DNA of 64,000 nucleotides from the human T2T-CHM13v2.0 reference genome, Homo sapiens (GCF_009914755.1 NC_060939.1), one strand, 5' to 3'; counted from the first letter of the stretch, positions 33,727 to 58,223 are shown. Notes: a model not told the origin generated them from the letters alone. Numbers and translations are program-made.

Positions 33727-34618
33727 AAGCTCTTTCTTGCCTTAGGAGTTTGCATATGCTGTTCCCTCTGCCTATAGTGCTTATCCCTTGGCTCTTCACA
33801 TGGATGGCTCCTTCTCATCTTTTGGGCCTCAGTTTAAATCCAGCCTTAGAGATGCCATCTCTGATTACCCAAGGTAGCTCCCTTCTCATTGTTCTCTTAT
33901 CACATGACCTATTTGTCTCCTAATAGCAGTTTCTAATTTATATCTAATTTGTATTTACTTACCAGTCCCTTTCGTTTACCACCTATACTCAGTGTGTATA
34001 GCATAGGAGCCATACATAAGAAGTACTCAATAATTATTTGTTAAATGGTTGGGTTCTGTTATCCTAGGCTTGAAAAACATTAAAAAGCACTATTTGTACC
34101 CTTTCACCAACCCTGCCCCAAGTACCTTAATTGCCCTTACACCTCTACTGACTGAAAATACGGCACAAATCCTGAAGAGAAAGGGAAACTAAAAGCTGTA
34201 TTTAACTGCTATGCTGATAGTTGTCTTAGGCAGTTTTGAATTAATATTTTATTATCTCTGTTCTTCAGCTTGTTGTGCCTTGTTTTTTCTCTTCTCTGTG
34301 ACTTCTCACCTACCCACTTGACTCTGACCAGATTCCTGACACTTAAAGGGTATATCCAAGAAATGAGATGGCCCTGAGCACAGGGGAGGAAGGATGGAAT
34401 GACAAGGGCCACCAGAAACCTCTTTCAGGACTCTAATCACTCTAAGGTCACAGTTTAGAGTCTAGAATGAGAGGGACTTTGAGTGCCTCTTTTTCTTGCT
34501 CAGTGCCCTCAGCTTGAGTGCTTAGCTGGCAGACGGGCACTTTTCCTCCTCAGTTACTGTCAAAGCAACATGAAGGTCAGGCAGAGAGAGACAAATGAGA
34601 GCAGCTCAGGGAAAGGAG

Positions 34619-34632
34619 GTTACCACGGTAAC
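34619..34632. promoter_or_regulatory. RFX X-box motif
   Basis: GTTACC-AC-GGTAAC, perfect inverted half-sites matching GTNRCC(N0-3)RGYAAC, in non-repeat DNA with its CpG retained. Confidence 0.5.
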
Positions 34633-34938
34633 AAGCAGGAGGGACTGCTATTTGGAAACAGACCTAATCTTTCTCCTCCTTCTCCCTCCTTCTCAGCACA
34701 GGAAGATGGGTATTGTTTAGCTGACCTGCATCCTTGGGGTGGGAACCATAATCCCTTTCTGACAGTTCCCAATGACACTGGAGTGATCTGCTTTGCATTT
34801 TAATTTGATAAGCAGCAGCGGCAGTTTTCTCTGAAGTGCTGAAAACATGGCTTTTTCTGGCCCTGTTCCAGATAGGATTCTGGTTGCCACAGAGAGGGGT
34901 TTGATATTGTTGTTTATTTCTCAACAAAGATCTTGCAT

Positions 34939-34946
34939 ATTTGCAT
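34939..34946. promoter_or_regulatory. Octamer (POU) motif next to a SOX-type motif
   Basis: ATTTGCAT at 34939-34946; AACAAAG at 34923-34929. Motif match only. Confidence 0.3.
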
Positions 34947-35348
34947 AAATGTGGAAGATGCTGCTTGGTTCTAGACAACCAGAATCAAATGAATACAGGC
35001 TATCTTTAGGTTATGAATATCTATCTGCTCTAGGAAGGTCACAGAGATACTGCCCCATCCCCAGCTCACAGGACCACCCAGTGACCTGTGCAGTGGATCT
35101 TCTGACTTAATGTCCTTACCCTTCTGCCTCCCCCATCTACTTATATGTCACACTATTCTCAATCTCTTCCCTTACCTACCCTACCCTTATAGTAAGCCTT
35201 CACTATGTATATAAATATTCCTTCCTTTTCTTTCAAAATAAAAAGAGCATTTTAAACTAGAAAAATAAATTATCAATGTAATGAAAAATTAAATGCCAAA
35301 AAACATAAGAGAAAGTAAAAATCATCTAGAATATTACTATAGACATGA

Positions 35349-35623
<275 letters not shown>

Positions 35624-36005
35624 TGATCCACCTGCTTCAACCTCCAAAAGTGCTGGGACTACAGGCATGAGACACCACATCCAGCCTCTATCTGCTGATC
35701 TACGCATTTTATGAGTTGTATATACTTATGTATAGATCAGTTTATTTTTATTTATCTTTAATTTTTTAATTTTCTAACACTTCTCAAACAAAAAGTAGAG
35801 TTAAATTTAACATTAATGGGCCAATATAGTACATGCTCCATCATACTTTTTCCTTTAATTCACTAAAAAATATGTTGTAGATATGTCATTGATGTAGATA
35901 GGGATCTATGCTATGATGGACCTATAGATTGTTTCTGGTTTTGTGGTTATTTTTTGGTTTGGCTATTAAAAACAACATTGAAGAAAACTGTCCATCATAC
36001 ATCTT

Positions 36006-36050
<45 letters not shown>
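36006..36050. repeat. (TG)n(TA)n microsatellite within an old L1 fragment
   Basis: Read directly from the sequence. Confidence 0.9.
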
Positions 36051-36052
<2 letters not shown>

Positions 36053-36429
36053 TGTTATCTTCTTGATACAAATCCTAGAAATTGAATTTTGGGACAAAAG
36101 AACATGTGCATTTTATATTTTGATACATATTGCCAAACTGCCCTCTAGAGAAGGCACCAACCAATACTGCATAAAAGTCCCTATTGTTTTTACATACTCT
36201 TACCAACTGGGATATGTTCAACTCTCTCATCTTTGCCAAATAGATGGGAAATATACTGTGTTTTTATTTGTGTTTATGTATATTATTGAATCCTTAAAAA
36301 TACTCACATGACCCCTTCAGATTTTACACTGAAGACCTATCTACTTCTTTTCCCATAATGTACTTCCAGGCTTCTCTTTCCTGTAGTGCTGGCAACTGAG
36401 CAAAGTAAAAAAAAAAGTTATTTTGTGGT

Positions 36430-36460
<31 letters not shown>

Positions 36461-37304
36461 GGTTTTTGAGAAGATATCAAACAAAAAAGTAAAAAATTTT
36501 AAAAACACCTAATTGCATTAATCTCTGCACCCTCCCTCCAAACCAAAACCAAACCTGTTTTTTTTCTTTTTCTTTCAGTGATGGACTGTCATTCACTCAG
36601 ATTTAAGCTCCAAAGACTGAGATGTTTGTCTGTTTGTTCATAGCTGTATTCTCAGTGCCTAGACTGGTGCCTGGCATGTATCAGTTGCTCAGTAAATATT
36701 TGTGCAGTAAATCATCTCTCAGCCATCTTAATCAGAAATTCTAATCATACCTAATTCCTTTACTGATTACCTACATGTCTGATGCCTTGCAAAGTCAAAT
36801 TGCTTAAAGGTCCTGAATGTCTCTTGGGTTCTTCCCTTTATCCCCCTACTTCTGATCATTCTTACTTATGTTTTTATTCCTAGGAGCCCTCCTTTTCAAT
36901 CTCTCTAGTTTACTCCCCTCCTTCTATTAATTTTACCTTTGGATATACAGATACAATAACATCATACCCTTTCTTTCATTCCTCAGTGGCTTCTTAATAC
37001 CTGCAAGGTTAAGTCCCAATTTAACTCTCCCTGTACTCTTTAACCAAACCAAGCAGCTTGTTGTTCTTTAAATACATTGTGTTTGTTCATGCCTGTGTGC
37101 CTTTGAAGAGGCTGTTCCTTCTGCCTGGAATATGCTTTCTTCTTTTCTTGGGAAACTACTACTTATTCTTTAGGTCCACTCCAGCATTGAGTCATCCTTA
37201 TTCCCTCTGGCAGTTATTCCCTGGGCAGGATACTTGCAGTCCTTTGTTCACTTCTGTTATGATTATTTGTTTGCCAATTAATCTAATCTAAAATGAAACT
37301 TTGT

Positions 37305-38005
37305 GGCCAGGCACGGTGGCTCATGCCTGTGGTCCCAACAGTTTGGGAGGCCAAGGTGGGCAGATAAGTCCAGGAGTTCAAGACGAGCCTGGCCAACACA
37401 GCGAAACCCCATCTCTAAAAAATAGAAAAATTAGCCAGGTGAGGTGGCTCACGCCTATAATCCCAGCACTTTGGGAGGCCAAGGCTGGCGGATCACGAGG
37501 TCAGGAGATCGAGACCATCCTGGCTAACACGGTGAAACCCTGTCTCTACTAAAAATACAAAAAATTAGCTGAGCATGGTGGCGGGCACCTGTAGTCCCAG
37601 CTACTCAGGAGGCTGAGGCAGGAGAATGGCATGAACCCTGGAGTCGGAGGTTGCAGTGAGCAGAGAATGCGCCACTGCACTCCAGCCTGGGCGACAGTGC
37701 GAGGCTGTGTCTCAAAAAAAAAAAAAAAAAGAAAAAAAAAACAGAAAAATTAGCCAGGTGTGGTGGCAGCACGCCTGTAGTCCCAGCTCCTCGAAGGCTG
37801 AGGCACAAGAATCACTTAAACCCGGGAGGCAGAGTTTGCAGTGAGCCAAGATTGTGCCACTGTACCCCAGCTTGGGTAACAGAGCAAGATCCCATCTCTG
37901 AAAGAAAGAAAGAAAGCAGGGATGGCGGGGGTGGGGGCGGGAGAAGAGGGAGGGAGGGAGGGAGGAAGGAAGAAAGGAAGGGAAAGAAAGAAAAAAAAGA
38001 AAAAT
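37305..38005 (+). mobile_element. AluS with an AluY inserted in its linker; purine-rich G/A tail
   Basis: Duplicated agaaaaattagccaggtg around the AluY; tail expanded into GGGA/GAAA repeats. Confidence 0.8.
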
Positions 38006-38899
38006 TAATGGCCTCTCTTAATTTTTATAAGCTCTATATGTTAAGTATGTTCTACAAAATTCTAAATTTATATAGTCTTTGTTATTTGGTATTTTGGGTT
38101 TTGTTGGTCTGTTTTAGAAGAGGTTTGCTCTAGGGAGTTGTTGTAGAGCGAAATTTAGTTTATCAAGGCTTGACTGCTTTATGATTTCAGTTCTGCTTCA
38201 GAGTATATTTGTACTGAAAAATCAGAGCCATTTTATGATGCAACTTATGCAGTTCAGCCATCACCTTCTCCCATTTGTTCCCCACACTGCAAATCTCTGA
38301 GTCCTCTGTGTTATGCCTCTTCCTTACCCAACAGGTTGCCAAGTCCTGTGATTTGGCCCTCTTGTTCCTGATGCCACCACTCTAGTTGAACATTGCCATT
38401 AATTTTTTATGTAAAATAATTTTATTTTACAATAAAGCCCTTTCTTCCCATGAAACCTAGAGCATAAAGTGGGAGGAGAGCAGTGATGGACGATGAGGCT
38501 GAGGAAGGAGACAAATAAATTGTTATTGCATTTACTGAGCATGAACTGAAGTGGACAGTATGCTAAGTGGTCTACGGGTCTCATCTCTTCTATTCCTAAC
38601 AGCCATGTAAGATAGTTAAATCCCCATCTTACAGATGATGACACACTCATGTGGAAAGTTTAAATCACTTGAGGAAGGTAATAGAGCTAATGAGGGTAGA
38701 ACTAAGACTCATACCTAAGGATTTACCAAAATTAATGTGCAAATCAAGATCTAAAAATAAATAAAATTATTGAACAACCTTTCATTGTCCTTTTTACAAA
38801 AGATGAATGTGCTTAAGCAGAGGACTACTAAATAATAAGTACCCTCTTTTCTGTCTGACATAGCACCTTGAGTTTTATTGAGCTCAAACATTTAAGTCC

Positions 38900-41875
<2,976 letters not shown>

Positions 41876-41877
41876 GT

Positions 41878-42670
41878 AGTGGTCAGGACTTTTTCAGTTA
41901 TGATAGAAATCTGGCTCAAGCTAGTTTAAGCAAACAAAGAATTTATAGATTCCCAGGAATGGAGTTTATTAGTTTAGGCAGGGTTTCAAATAATCCCATC
42001 AGGATTCTGTCTTTGCTTACCTCCATTCTGCTTTCCCCTAATTTGGCTTTATTTAATTTAATTTATTTAGTTATTTATTCATTTATTTATTTATTTATTT
42101 TTTGAGATGGAGTCTCGCTCTATCGCCCAGGCTGGAGTGCAGTGGCATGATCTTGGCTCACTGCAAACTCCACCTCCCACCTTCACGCCATTCTCCTGCC
42201 TCAGCCTCCTGAGTAGCTGGGATTCCAGGTGCCCGCCACCACGCCCGGCTAATTTTTTGTATTTTCAGTAGAGACAGGGTTTCACTGTGTTAGCCAGGAT
42301 GGTCTTGATCTCCTGACCTCGTGATCCGCCCACCTCAGCCTACCAAAGTGCTGGGATTACAGGCATAAGCCACCGTGCCCGGCCTAATTTGGCTTTATTC
42401 TTAGGGAAGTTTTCTTTGTGAGTCTGGCAAAATGGCCTCTCGCAGCTTCAGATTTTATTAGTCCTTCTAGCTTAAGGTACCAAAGGAAGAAAGAAACAGT
42501 ATAACCTGTATATAACCTGTTTCATGTAGTTTTGGTAGATCTGCCCACTCCTATACTGCAGTGAGGTGAAGGAATGTATTTCCCAAAGGTAATAGAGATT
42601 CCCCTGCTAGAAGAAGGGAGGGAAAGCATGATAAAAAGCCATAACTGTATCTCCATGAACCACTACAGGT
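41878..42670. mobile_element. MLT1K/L-like MaLR LTR interrupted by an AluY (42050-42384)
   Basis: gtcaggactttttcagtt...gatagaaa.ctggctcaagctagtttaagcaaa; AluY TSD taatttggctttatt. Confidence 0.55.
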
Positions 42671-42967
42671 GGTTATCTCAAGCCTGGAAATCTGAATAGA
42701 GATTAACAATGTTGCAAGACACTAGAAAGGTGGAGTTAAGTTAACAAGATACTACCATTACCATTATTATTGTCTAATATTTTTTGAACTTTTACTGTAT
42801 ATAGCTAGGCACTGTACACTGAACACTTTACATTCAGTTAATCATTACAATGACCTTATGAAATATAGGTAACTTTGATGGTTTTATTTTGCAGAAGAGG
42901 AAACTGAGGCTCAGAAAGATTGCATAATGTTATTAGTGGTTAACCAGCTGTTAAATAATAGAGCTGA

Positions 42968-43186
<219 letters not shown>

Positions 43187-43289
43187 TAGTAGAGACGGGG
43201 TTTCACTGTATTAGCCAGGATGGTCTCGATCTCCTGACCTCGTGATCCACCCGCCTCGGCCTCCCAAAGTGCTGGGATTACAGGTGTGA

Positions 43290-43520
<231 letters not shown>

Positions 43521-44174
43521 TAATGTTAAAACTTTCTGTAGGCCGGGCGCGGTGGCTCATGCCTGTAATCTCAGCACTTTGGGAGGCTGAGGCAAGCGCA
43601 GGAGTTCAAGATCATTTTGGCCAACATGGTGAAACCCCGTCTCTACTAAAAATACAAAAATTTAGTTGGGCATAGTAGCAGGCGCCTGTAATCCCAGCTA
43701 CTTGGGAGGCTGAGGCACAAGAATCGCTTGAACCGGGAGGCAGAGGTTGCAGTGAGCCGAGACCATGCCACTGCACTCCAGCCTGGGCAACAGAGCAAGA
43801 CTCCATCTCAAAAAAAAAAAAAAAAAACAGAAAAACTTTTTATAGAAACAGGATCTCACTGTGTTCCCCAGGCTAGCCTCAAATTCCTGAGTTCAAGCAG
43901 TCCTCCAACCTTGGCCTACCAAAGAGCTGGGATTATAGGCATGAGCTACCACTTCTGCCAAGATCAGCATTTATAGTTTAAAACGGTTACATCAGTAATA
44001 CCAGCACTTTGGGAGGCCGAGGCAGGAGGATCACCTGAGGTCAGGAGTTCGAGATCAGTCTGGCCAACATGGTGAAACCCTGTCTCCAAATACAAAAATT
44101 AGCCAGGCATGGGCTGGGCGTGGTGGCTCATGCCTGTAATCCCAGCACTTTGGGAGGCCGAGGCTGGCGGATCA

Positions 44175-44459
<285 letters not shown>

Positions 44460-44735
44460 TTACTGAATTTATTGGTGTCATATCAAGGAATAATATCCAC
44501 AGTTATCTGAAAAGGCTATTAAATACAAACATTATATACATTATCTGTAAAACAACACACACATATACATATATCTGTACCATATATATTCTATGTAAGG
44601 CTGATTTTCTTTGTATACTTGAACCAAAACATTTCACCAACAGATTGAATGGAGAATCCAGCTGTCTTCTATTAAACCAGACATTGAAAATAATATGTTA
44701 ATATTTAACAGGTTTTTTAATGTTATTTTAACTAA

Positions 44736-45050
<315 letters not shown>

Positions 45051-45091
45051 TAAATGTTTTCTTCTTTCTTTCTTTCTTTCTTTCTTTCTTC

Positions 45092-45123
<32 letters not shown>

Positions 45124-45291
45124 TTTTGAGACAGAGTCTCACTCTGTTGCCCGGGCTAGAGTAGGGTGGCAGGATCTCGGCTCACTGCAACCCCCTCCTC
45201 CTGGATTCAAGCAATTCTCCTGCCTCAGCTTCCTGAGTAGCTGGGATTACAGGCATGCGCCAACATGCCCGGCTAATTTTTGTATTTTTAG

Positions 45292-45423
<132 letters not shown>

Positions 45424-45499
45424 TAATTCTAGTCTGGTAAACATCAGTCAATTTATCCCACATAAATAAAAGTTCTTTGGGGTTCTTAACTTTTTTAAA

Positions 45500-46131
<632 letters not shown>

Positions 46132-46279
46132 TAAAGATGGGGTCTTCCTATGTTGCCCCTGCAGATCTGGAAATCCTGGGCTAAAGCATTCTACCCACCT
46201 CAGGCTCCCAAAGTGCTGAGATGATAGGCGTGAGTTACCACACCCAGCCCTGTTACTTGCATGTTTTAGTTTTAATTTT

Positions 46280-46351
<72 letters not shown>

Positions 46352-46631
46352 TTTCTTTCTTTTTTTTCTCTCTCTCTCTTTCTTTCTTTCTGTCTGTCTG
46401 TCTTTCTTGTCCTTTCTTTTACTTTCTTTCTTATCACTCTGTCGCCCAGGCTGGAGTGCAGTGGTGCAGTCTCGGCTCACTGCAACCTCTGCTTCCTGGG
46501 TTCAAGCAATTGTCATGCCTCAGCCTCTCGAATATCTAAGAGGCTAATTTTTGTTTTTGTTTGTTTGTTTGTTTGTTTTTTAGTAGAGATGGGGTTTCAC
46601 CTTGTTAGCCAGGATGGTCTTGATCTCCTGA

Positions 46632-46841
<210 letters not shown>

Positions 46842-47413
46842 TAATATGTTAAATATCAAGGGATATAGCCTACCTAAACCAAGGCTCTTTAAGGTTCTCA
46901 TTTTTTTTTTTTATGGGACTAGGTATAAGAGGGGGAAAATATGTTAAGTATATGAAAAAAATAAGGCCGGGTGTGGTGGCTCACACCTGTAATCCCAGCA
47001 CTTTGGGAGGCCAAGGCGGGTGGATCACTTGAGGTTAGGAGTTCAAGACCAGCCTGGCTAACACGGTAAAACCTCGTCTCTACTAAAAATGCAAAAATTA
47101 GTCCAGTGTGGTGGCATGCACCTGTAGTCCCAGCTGCTCGGGAGGCTGAGGCATGAGAATTGCTTGAACCCAGGAGTCAGAGATCAAGCCACTGCACTCC
47201 AGCCTGGGTGACAGCATGAGATGCTATCTCAAAAAATAATAATAATAATAAGGTTCTCAGTTTTTAAGAATTTCCTGCAAGGTGAAGTGTCACACCTGTA
47301 ATCCTAGCACTTTGGGAGGCCAAGGCACAAGGATCTCTTGAGCCCAGGAGTTCGAGAGCAGCTTAGGCAACATAGGGAGACCCCCATCTTTACAAATTTA
47401 AAAATTAAAAATT

Positions 47414-47718
47414 GAGCAAACCAACGCAGAAACAGAAAACCAAATACCACTTGTTCTCACTTATTAGTGAGAGCTAAATGATGAGAACACATGGACACTT
47501 AGAGGGGAACAAACAGACATGGGCCTACTCAAACAGAGTGGAGTAGAAAAGAGTAGAGGGTGGGAGGAAAGAGAGGATTAGGAAAAATAACTAATATTTA
47601 CTAAGCTTAATACCTGGATGATGAAATAATCTGTACAACAAACCCCAGTGACAGTTTACCTGTATAACAAACCTGCATATGTACCCCTGAACTTAAAAGT
47701 TAACAACAAAAACAACAA
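47414..47718 (+). mobile_element. L1PA (about PA13-16) 3' end inserted in the A-rich linker of an AluJ
   Basis: cagaaaaccaaatacc.c.tgttctcactta..agtg.gagctaaatgatgagaacacatggacac...aacctgcatatgtacccctgaacttaaaagtt; the Alu right arm resumes at about 47720. Confidence 0.85.
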
Positions 47719-48944
47719 ATAGCCAAGTGCAGTGGTGTGTGCCTGTAGTCCCAGCTACTCAGGAGACTGAGGCCGGAGGATCGTTGAGTCCAGGAGTTCA
47801 AGGCCATAGTGAGCAATGATTGCGCCACTGTAGTCCGGCCTGGGTGAAAGAGCAAGACCCTGTTTCTAAAATAATAATTTTTTTTTAAGAATTTCCATGA
47901 CCAGAAAGTTTTAGAACAGCTGGCTTATAGCAGGGAGAATCATCCCATTCCTCCTTCCTAAGCCACAGCAGAGCAAAATGTGATTTGTGATGTCTCAATT
48001 TAGAATTCTCATGTTTTCTCACAGGACTGACAGTATGAATAATGATTCATTAGTTCTTGAGTACAGTTTGGTCCAGCCACATTATAGGTTAAATAGATTT
48101 CTGTGGGCCGGCCTAGGAATCGCTGTTTAAGACTTCTGACATCGTGATTATTAAGATTTCAGAAAAAGGCTTTAGCTTTCTGTTGTGTTTACTTTATTTG
48201 ATTTGTGGAGTTTTTTAATTTTGCATTTTGTTTGCTTACTTGTTTTTATATTCTTAAAGGTAAAAGAGTGGAGTAAAGATGACACACTTAAGTCTTGACT
48301 TTTTAGGAAATGCATATGTGAAAGGAGGTAAAAGAAGTGTATTCAGGAAAGGAAGTAGTTACAGAAGTTCTTTATTCTTAGGAAGCAAATCCTAATGCTT
48401 ACCTTGTAACCATACAGGAATAGGAGGGATTATCAGCCTTCTATGGTAAACATACAGTCAGCTTCAGAGGAAGTACTTGGGTCTCTATCATCACTCATCA
48501 GCTGCAAAGTTAATAAGCTTTGCTGAAGGAAAATGTGAATTTCAAGCAGGCAGGAGATTGTAGAGTGAGAAGACTTAGGGAAGAGCAATGGAGATGCTTC
48601 ATTCAGCAAAAACCTTTACCACAGTAATGGACACTGCCATGTGATTTGTGTTGCACACTGATTTTGCTTATGAGATTTTTTCCTTTGTTAAATTTCAAGC
48701 ATAATTTATCTGTTTCCCACACACTGGGAATTTCTAGACAGTCTTGAATATCAGGATTGTTTGATCTGCTGTCTCCTCTTTAGCAGAAAAGGATTTAGGG
48801 TCTGAGCCCAAGAATGTATAGGGATCACTGCAGGAGAACAGACTGTAGACTGCAAGTCTGTAGTCTTCAAATTATATGTTCAAAAGCAAAAACAAACAAA
48901 AATCAAAAGAGAAAGAAACAAAATTTAATGTTCACTGTACTTGA

Positions 48945-55118
<6,174 letters not shown>

Positions 55119-55344
55119 TTACCTCCCTAGTAAGCTAAGCCCTAGGAGCCATGATGGCACTTCTTAGCATTTCAAAGACTGAGAATTAGCTTAACTTTTG
55201 TTGGTGTAGTTATTAAGGCATCTAATGACCTTAACTTTTTAATATTCCTATACCTTATTTTCCCTCTTGGCCCCAATCTCCTGACAATCCCTGCTCTTAT
55301 ATTTTAGGTATATGAAAAGATGGCAAAATGAGTCCTTTTCTGAT

Positions 55345-56519
55345 TTTTTTTTCTCCTTTTTTGAGACAGGGTCTTGCTCTGTTGCACAGGCTAGAGTACA
55401 GTGGCACGATCACAGCTCACTGCAGCCTTCACCCCCGGGACAAAACTTTCCTCCTGAAATGGGAAAAGTTCCCTTGTCCCCCTCACAGGGCGTGCAATGG
55501 GAGTGTGGCTCACTTCTTCACTGCCCTGCTGCTCAGACCTGTAGGGTAACATACAGAGGGGCAGGCTATGGGGCTCCAACCCCGGCAGTGTCTAGGGGTG
55601 AATGCTTACATCTGAAGCCCCAGTGGGTGTGTGTTACAGGGTGCTCTTTTAGTTTAGCTGTCCTTAGGCGGCTTGTGTTAGCTCAATTAGACCCCTGCCT
55701 TATCACAAGAACAGAGGGCTTTCTGTATCCCAAGGTTCTTGTCTTGGTGTACTGGAAGAATTGGATCAAATGTGGGCTTGGAGAATGAGTGTAAGGTTTT
55801 ATTGAGTGAAAGTAATGCTCAGCAGATTGGGGAGCCAGAAGGGAGATGGTTTTCCCCTGGAGTTCAGCTACTCAGCGGCCCAGGCTCTTCTCCAAATGCC
55901 CCAGCCAAACTCTGCTTCGTTCCACGGCCTGCTGGCATTTGTCATGTGCTCTTCCGCCACGTGTTCTCTTCTGCCGGCATGCTCCTCTCAACGCCCTCTC
56001 GAGGTCCAGCCGCTGTGTCTTCTTCTGCCAATGTGTTCCTCTAGAAGTCCAGCCGCTTGTGTGTCTGCCTGCTAGGGTCTGGGGAGTTTTTATAGGCACA
56101 GGGAGGGGCTGTGGCAGGCCAGGGTGGTCTTGGGAAATCCAACATTTGGGCGGGAAAACAAAAATGCCTATCTACCTAGGTCCGTGGACACAGGCCCCTG
56201 ATGGAGCCCTAGCCAGGGACCATGCCCTCCTCTACCCAGCACTTCCCTTACCCCCTTCTGTATCATTTAAAGGGACCACGTTCTCTACCCAGCACACCCG
56301 TGTCACTCCTACCTCAGCGTCCCAAGTAGCTAGGACTGCAGGTGTGTGCCAACACACCCAGCTAGTTGTTTTTGTTTTTGTTTTTGTTTTTAATTTTTTG
56401 TAAAGACAGGGTCTCACAATGTTGCCCTGGCTGGTCTCAAACTCCTGGACTCAAGCACTCCTCCTGCCTTGGCCTCCCAAAGTGCTGGGACTACAGGCTT
56501 GAGCCATTGCACCCAGCCC
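55345..56519 (-). mobile_element. AluJ interrupted by the solo LTR
   Basis: Alu consensus stops at ...ttcctcc (55454) and resumes at ctcctacctcagcgtcccaagtagc (56306). Confidence 0.85.
55455..56305 (-). mobile_element. ERV1 solo LTR (LTR28/LTR27/LTR1/MER52 group; best guess LTR28)
   Basis: TG...CA termini and 4-bp TSD ctcc (55451-55454 and 56306-56309). Minus-strand TATAAAA (56088-56094) and AATAAA (55798-55803). Splits an AluJ in two. Confidence 0.85.
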
Positions 56520-58223
56520 CCTTTTTCTGATTGTTATCTTCTCCTGGAAAGTGATAAATGAAGCTATCTTTGTTTCAGTGAATAATAGAATATGAAATCC
56601 TGTAAAGCCACATAGGTTATTAGATGAATATCACAGAGCTTATTATGCACTATGGCTTAATGTTAGATTATAGATGTGACCAAATGGTAATTAACAGAGC
56701 TGGAGCTGTAATTAAATACTATTATGCTGCTCTGTGATCTCTCCTTAGATTTCTGTTGCAAAGTAAATGGAAAATGAATAGTTCAAACCCATAGGTGGAT
56801 TTCGTCGCTTCTCCCCATCCCTGAACATCTCTTTTAATTAACTAAGTAATTAAATAAAGTCATCTTCATACAACAGAGATGCCAAACTCTGCCTAGTAAC
56901 TCTAATCAGTAAGGGTAGTTTGATGCATACTTGTTAATGAGTTCCTCATGTGTATGAGTCTGTTCTGTTATTCTTAGTGATCAGTTCAGCTGAAGTTTCT
57001 TCTCTTCACTTATTGTATAGCAGGGTATAATTTGGCAGACTGCTTGAATGCAACAGTGATGTTTCCAACCTACATTTTAGGTGTTGTTTTCTGGATTTCT
57101 TGGTGCAAAATTGGGGACTTCATTTTATCTAGAATGTATTAGCATATGTTTCTCCTAGCCTGCCAGGAGCACTGAATAACCTAGCAGGAAATTAAACTAC
57201 TTCCAGAAAAGAGCTGTCCTCAGTGGCTGAGAGAAAGTGTATAGGTGTCTCCCTGGGGTAAACTTCCTTCTGTGCCTAGGGTTGCTGCCTGAGCTGTGGA
57301 ACAGGTTGGCAATAGGACATGTGCAAGCAAGGCAATCAGAAAGTTCACAGGGGTGACCTGGAAGGTTTAGGCCAATGTCTGTGTCCAGTAGGACCTTGCA
57401 GGAATTTCTCTTGTGAGTAGAAGAAAGTATAAAAAAGGGAACAAACCCTAAGCAAAAGAAGTACACATATAGGCTGTGAAACTGCTTCTGTCACAGTTCT
57501 TCCCCAAGAGAAAGAATAGATAAACAGAGGTGAGGCCAAGAGTAAAGATGATCTGTATATTCTGTCTCTAACTTTCCCTCTCTAGTGACTCTCAAGAGTT
57601 TGTTCCAGCACTGCAGAGGAGTGAGTAGGGAGGATCCAGTTTACTTTTTCTGTGTTGTTTTTTACCTTCACTTCTGTGCATGGAAATTTTAAAGATCTTT
57701 CCAGGATCTACCACATCCCAAGAAGGTTGGGAAATTAAATTATAAATGCCCAGTTTTCAAGAGAGCAAATATGCCTTTTGGCATTTATCATAAATGTAGA
57801 TGATTCATTATACAGGCTTCTACTTCCATTTCATTTCATGAAAAAGGTGGAGTTGGGGAAGTACAAGGGGTGTGTGTGTGAGACAAGCAGACAAGGATGT
57901 TTTGGCAGCTCTTCAGGGACCAGAATTAATCAGAATCAGTGTATGAACATTCTGTGGACTCACAATGATGATCTACAAATAGTGATGACTTTCTAAGCCA
58001 AGAAGTCAGAGCCAACTGTGGAGAATGGATCCGGAACCCAGACCTCAGCCTATAGGCTAGTTTTCAAGGCCAGGAAGGTGTTTGTCTCTGTGTGTGTTGT
58101 GGGAGGGAAATGGATTATAGATAGAGTGATAGTCATGTAGTAAATTATTCCAGAATCAGAGTTTTGTTGCAGAGCTATTTAGAAGCTTGGCTTACGGATA
58201 CATGTATGATCTTCTCTGAATGT

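Noticed and set aside
55312-56403. 158-aa and 185-aa ORFs
   Set aside because: They lie in the GC-rich solo LTR and AluJ on the strand opposite the LTR, with no gag/pol/env similarity.
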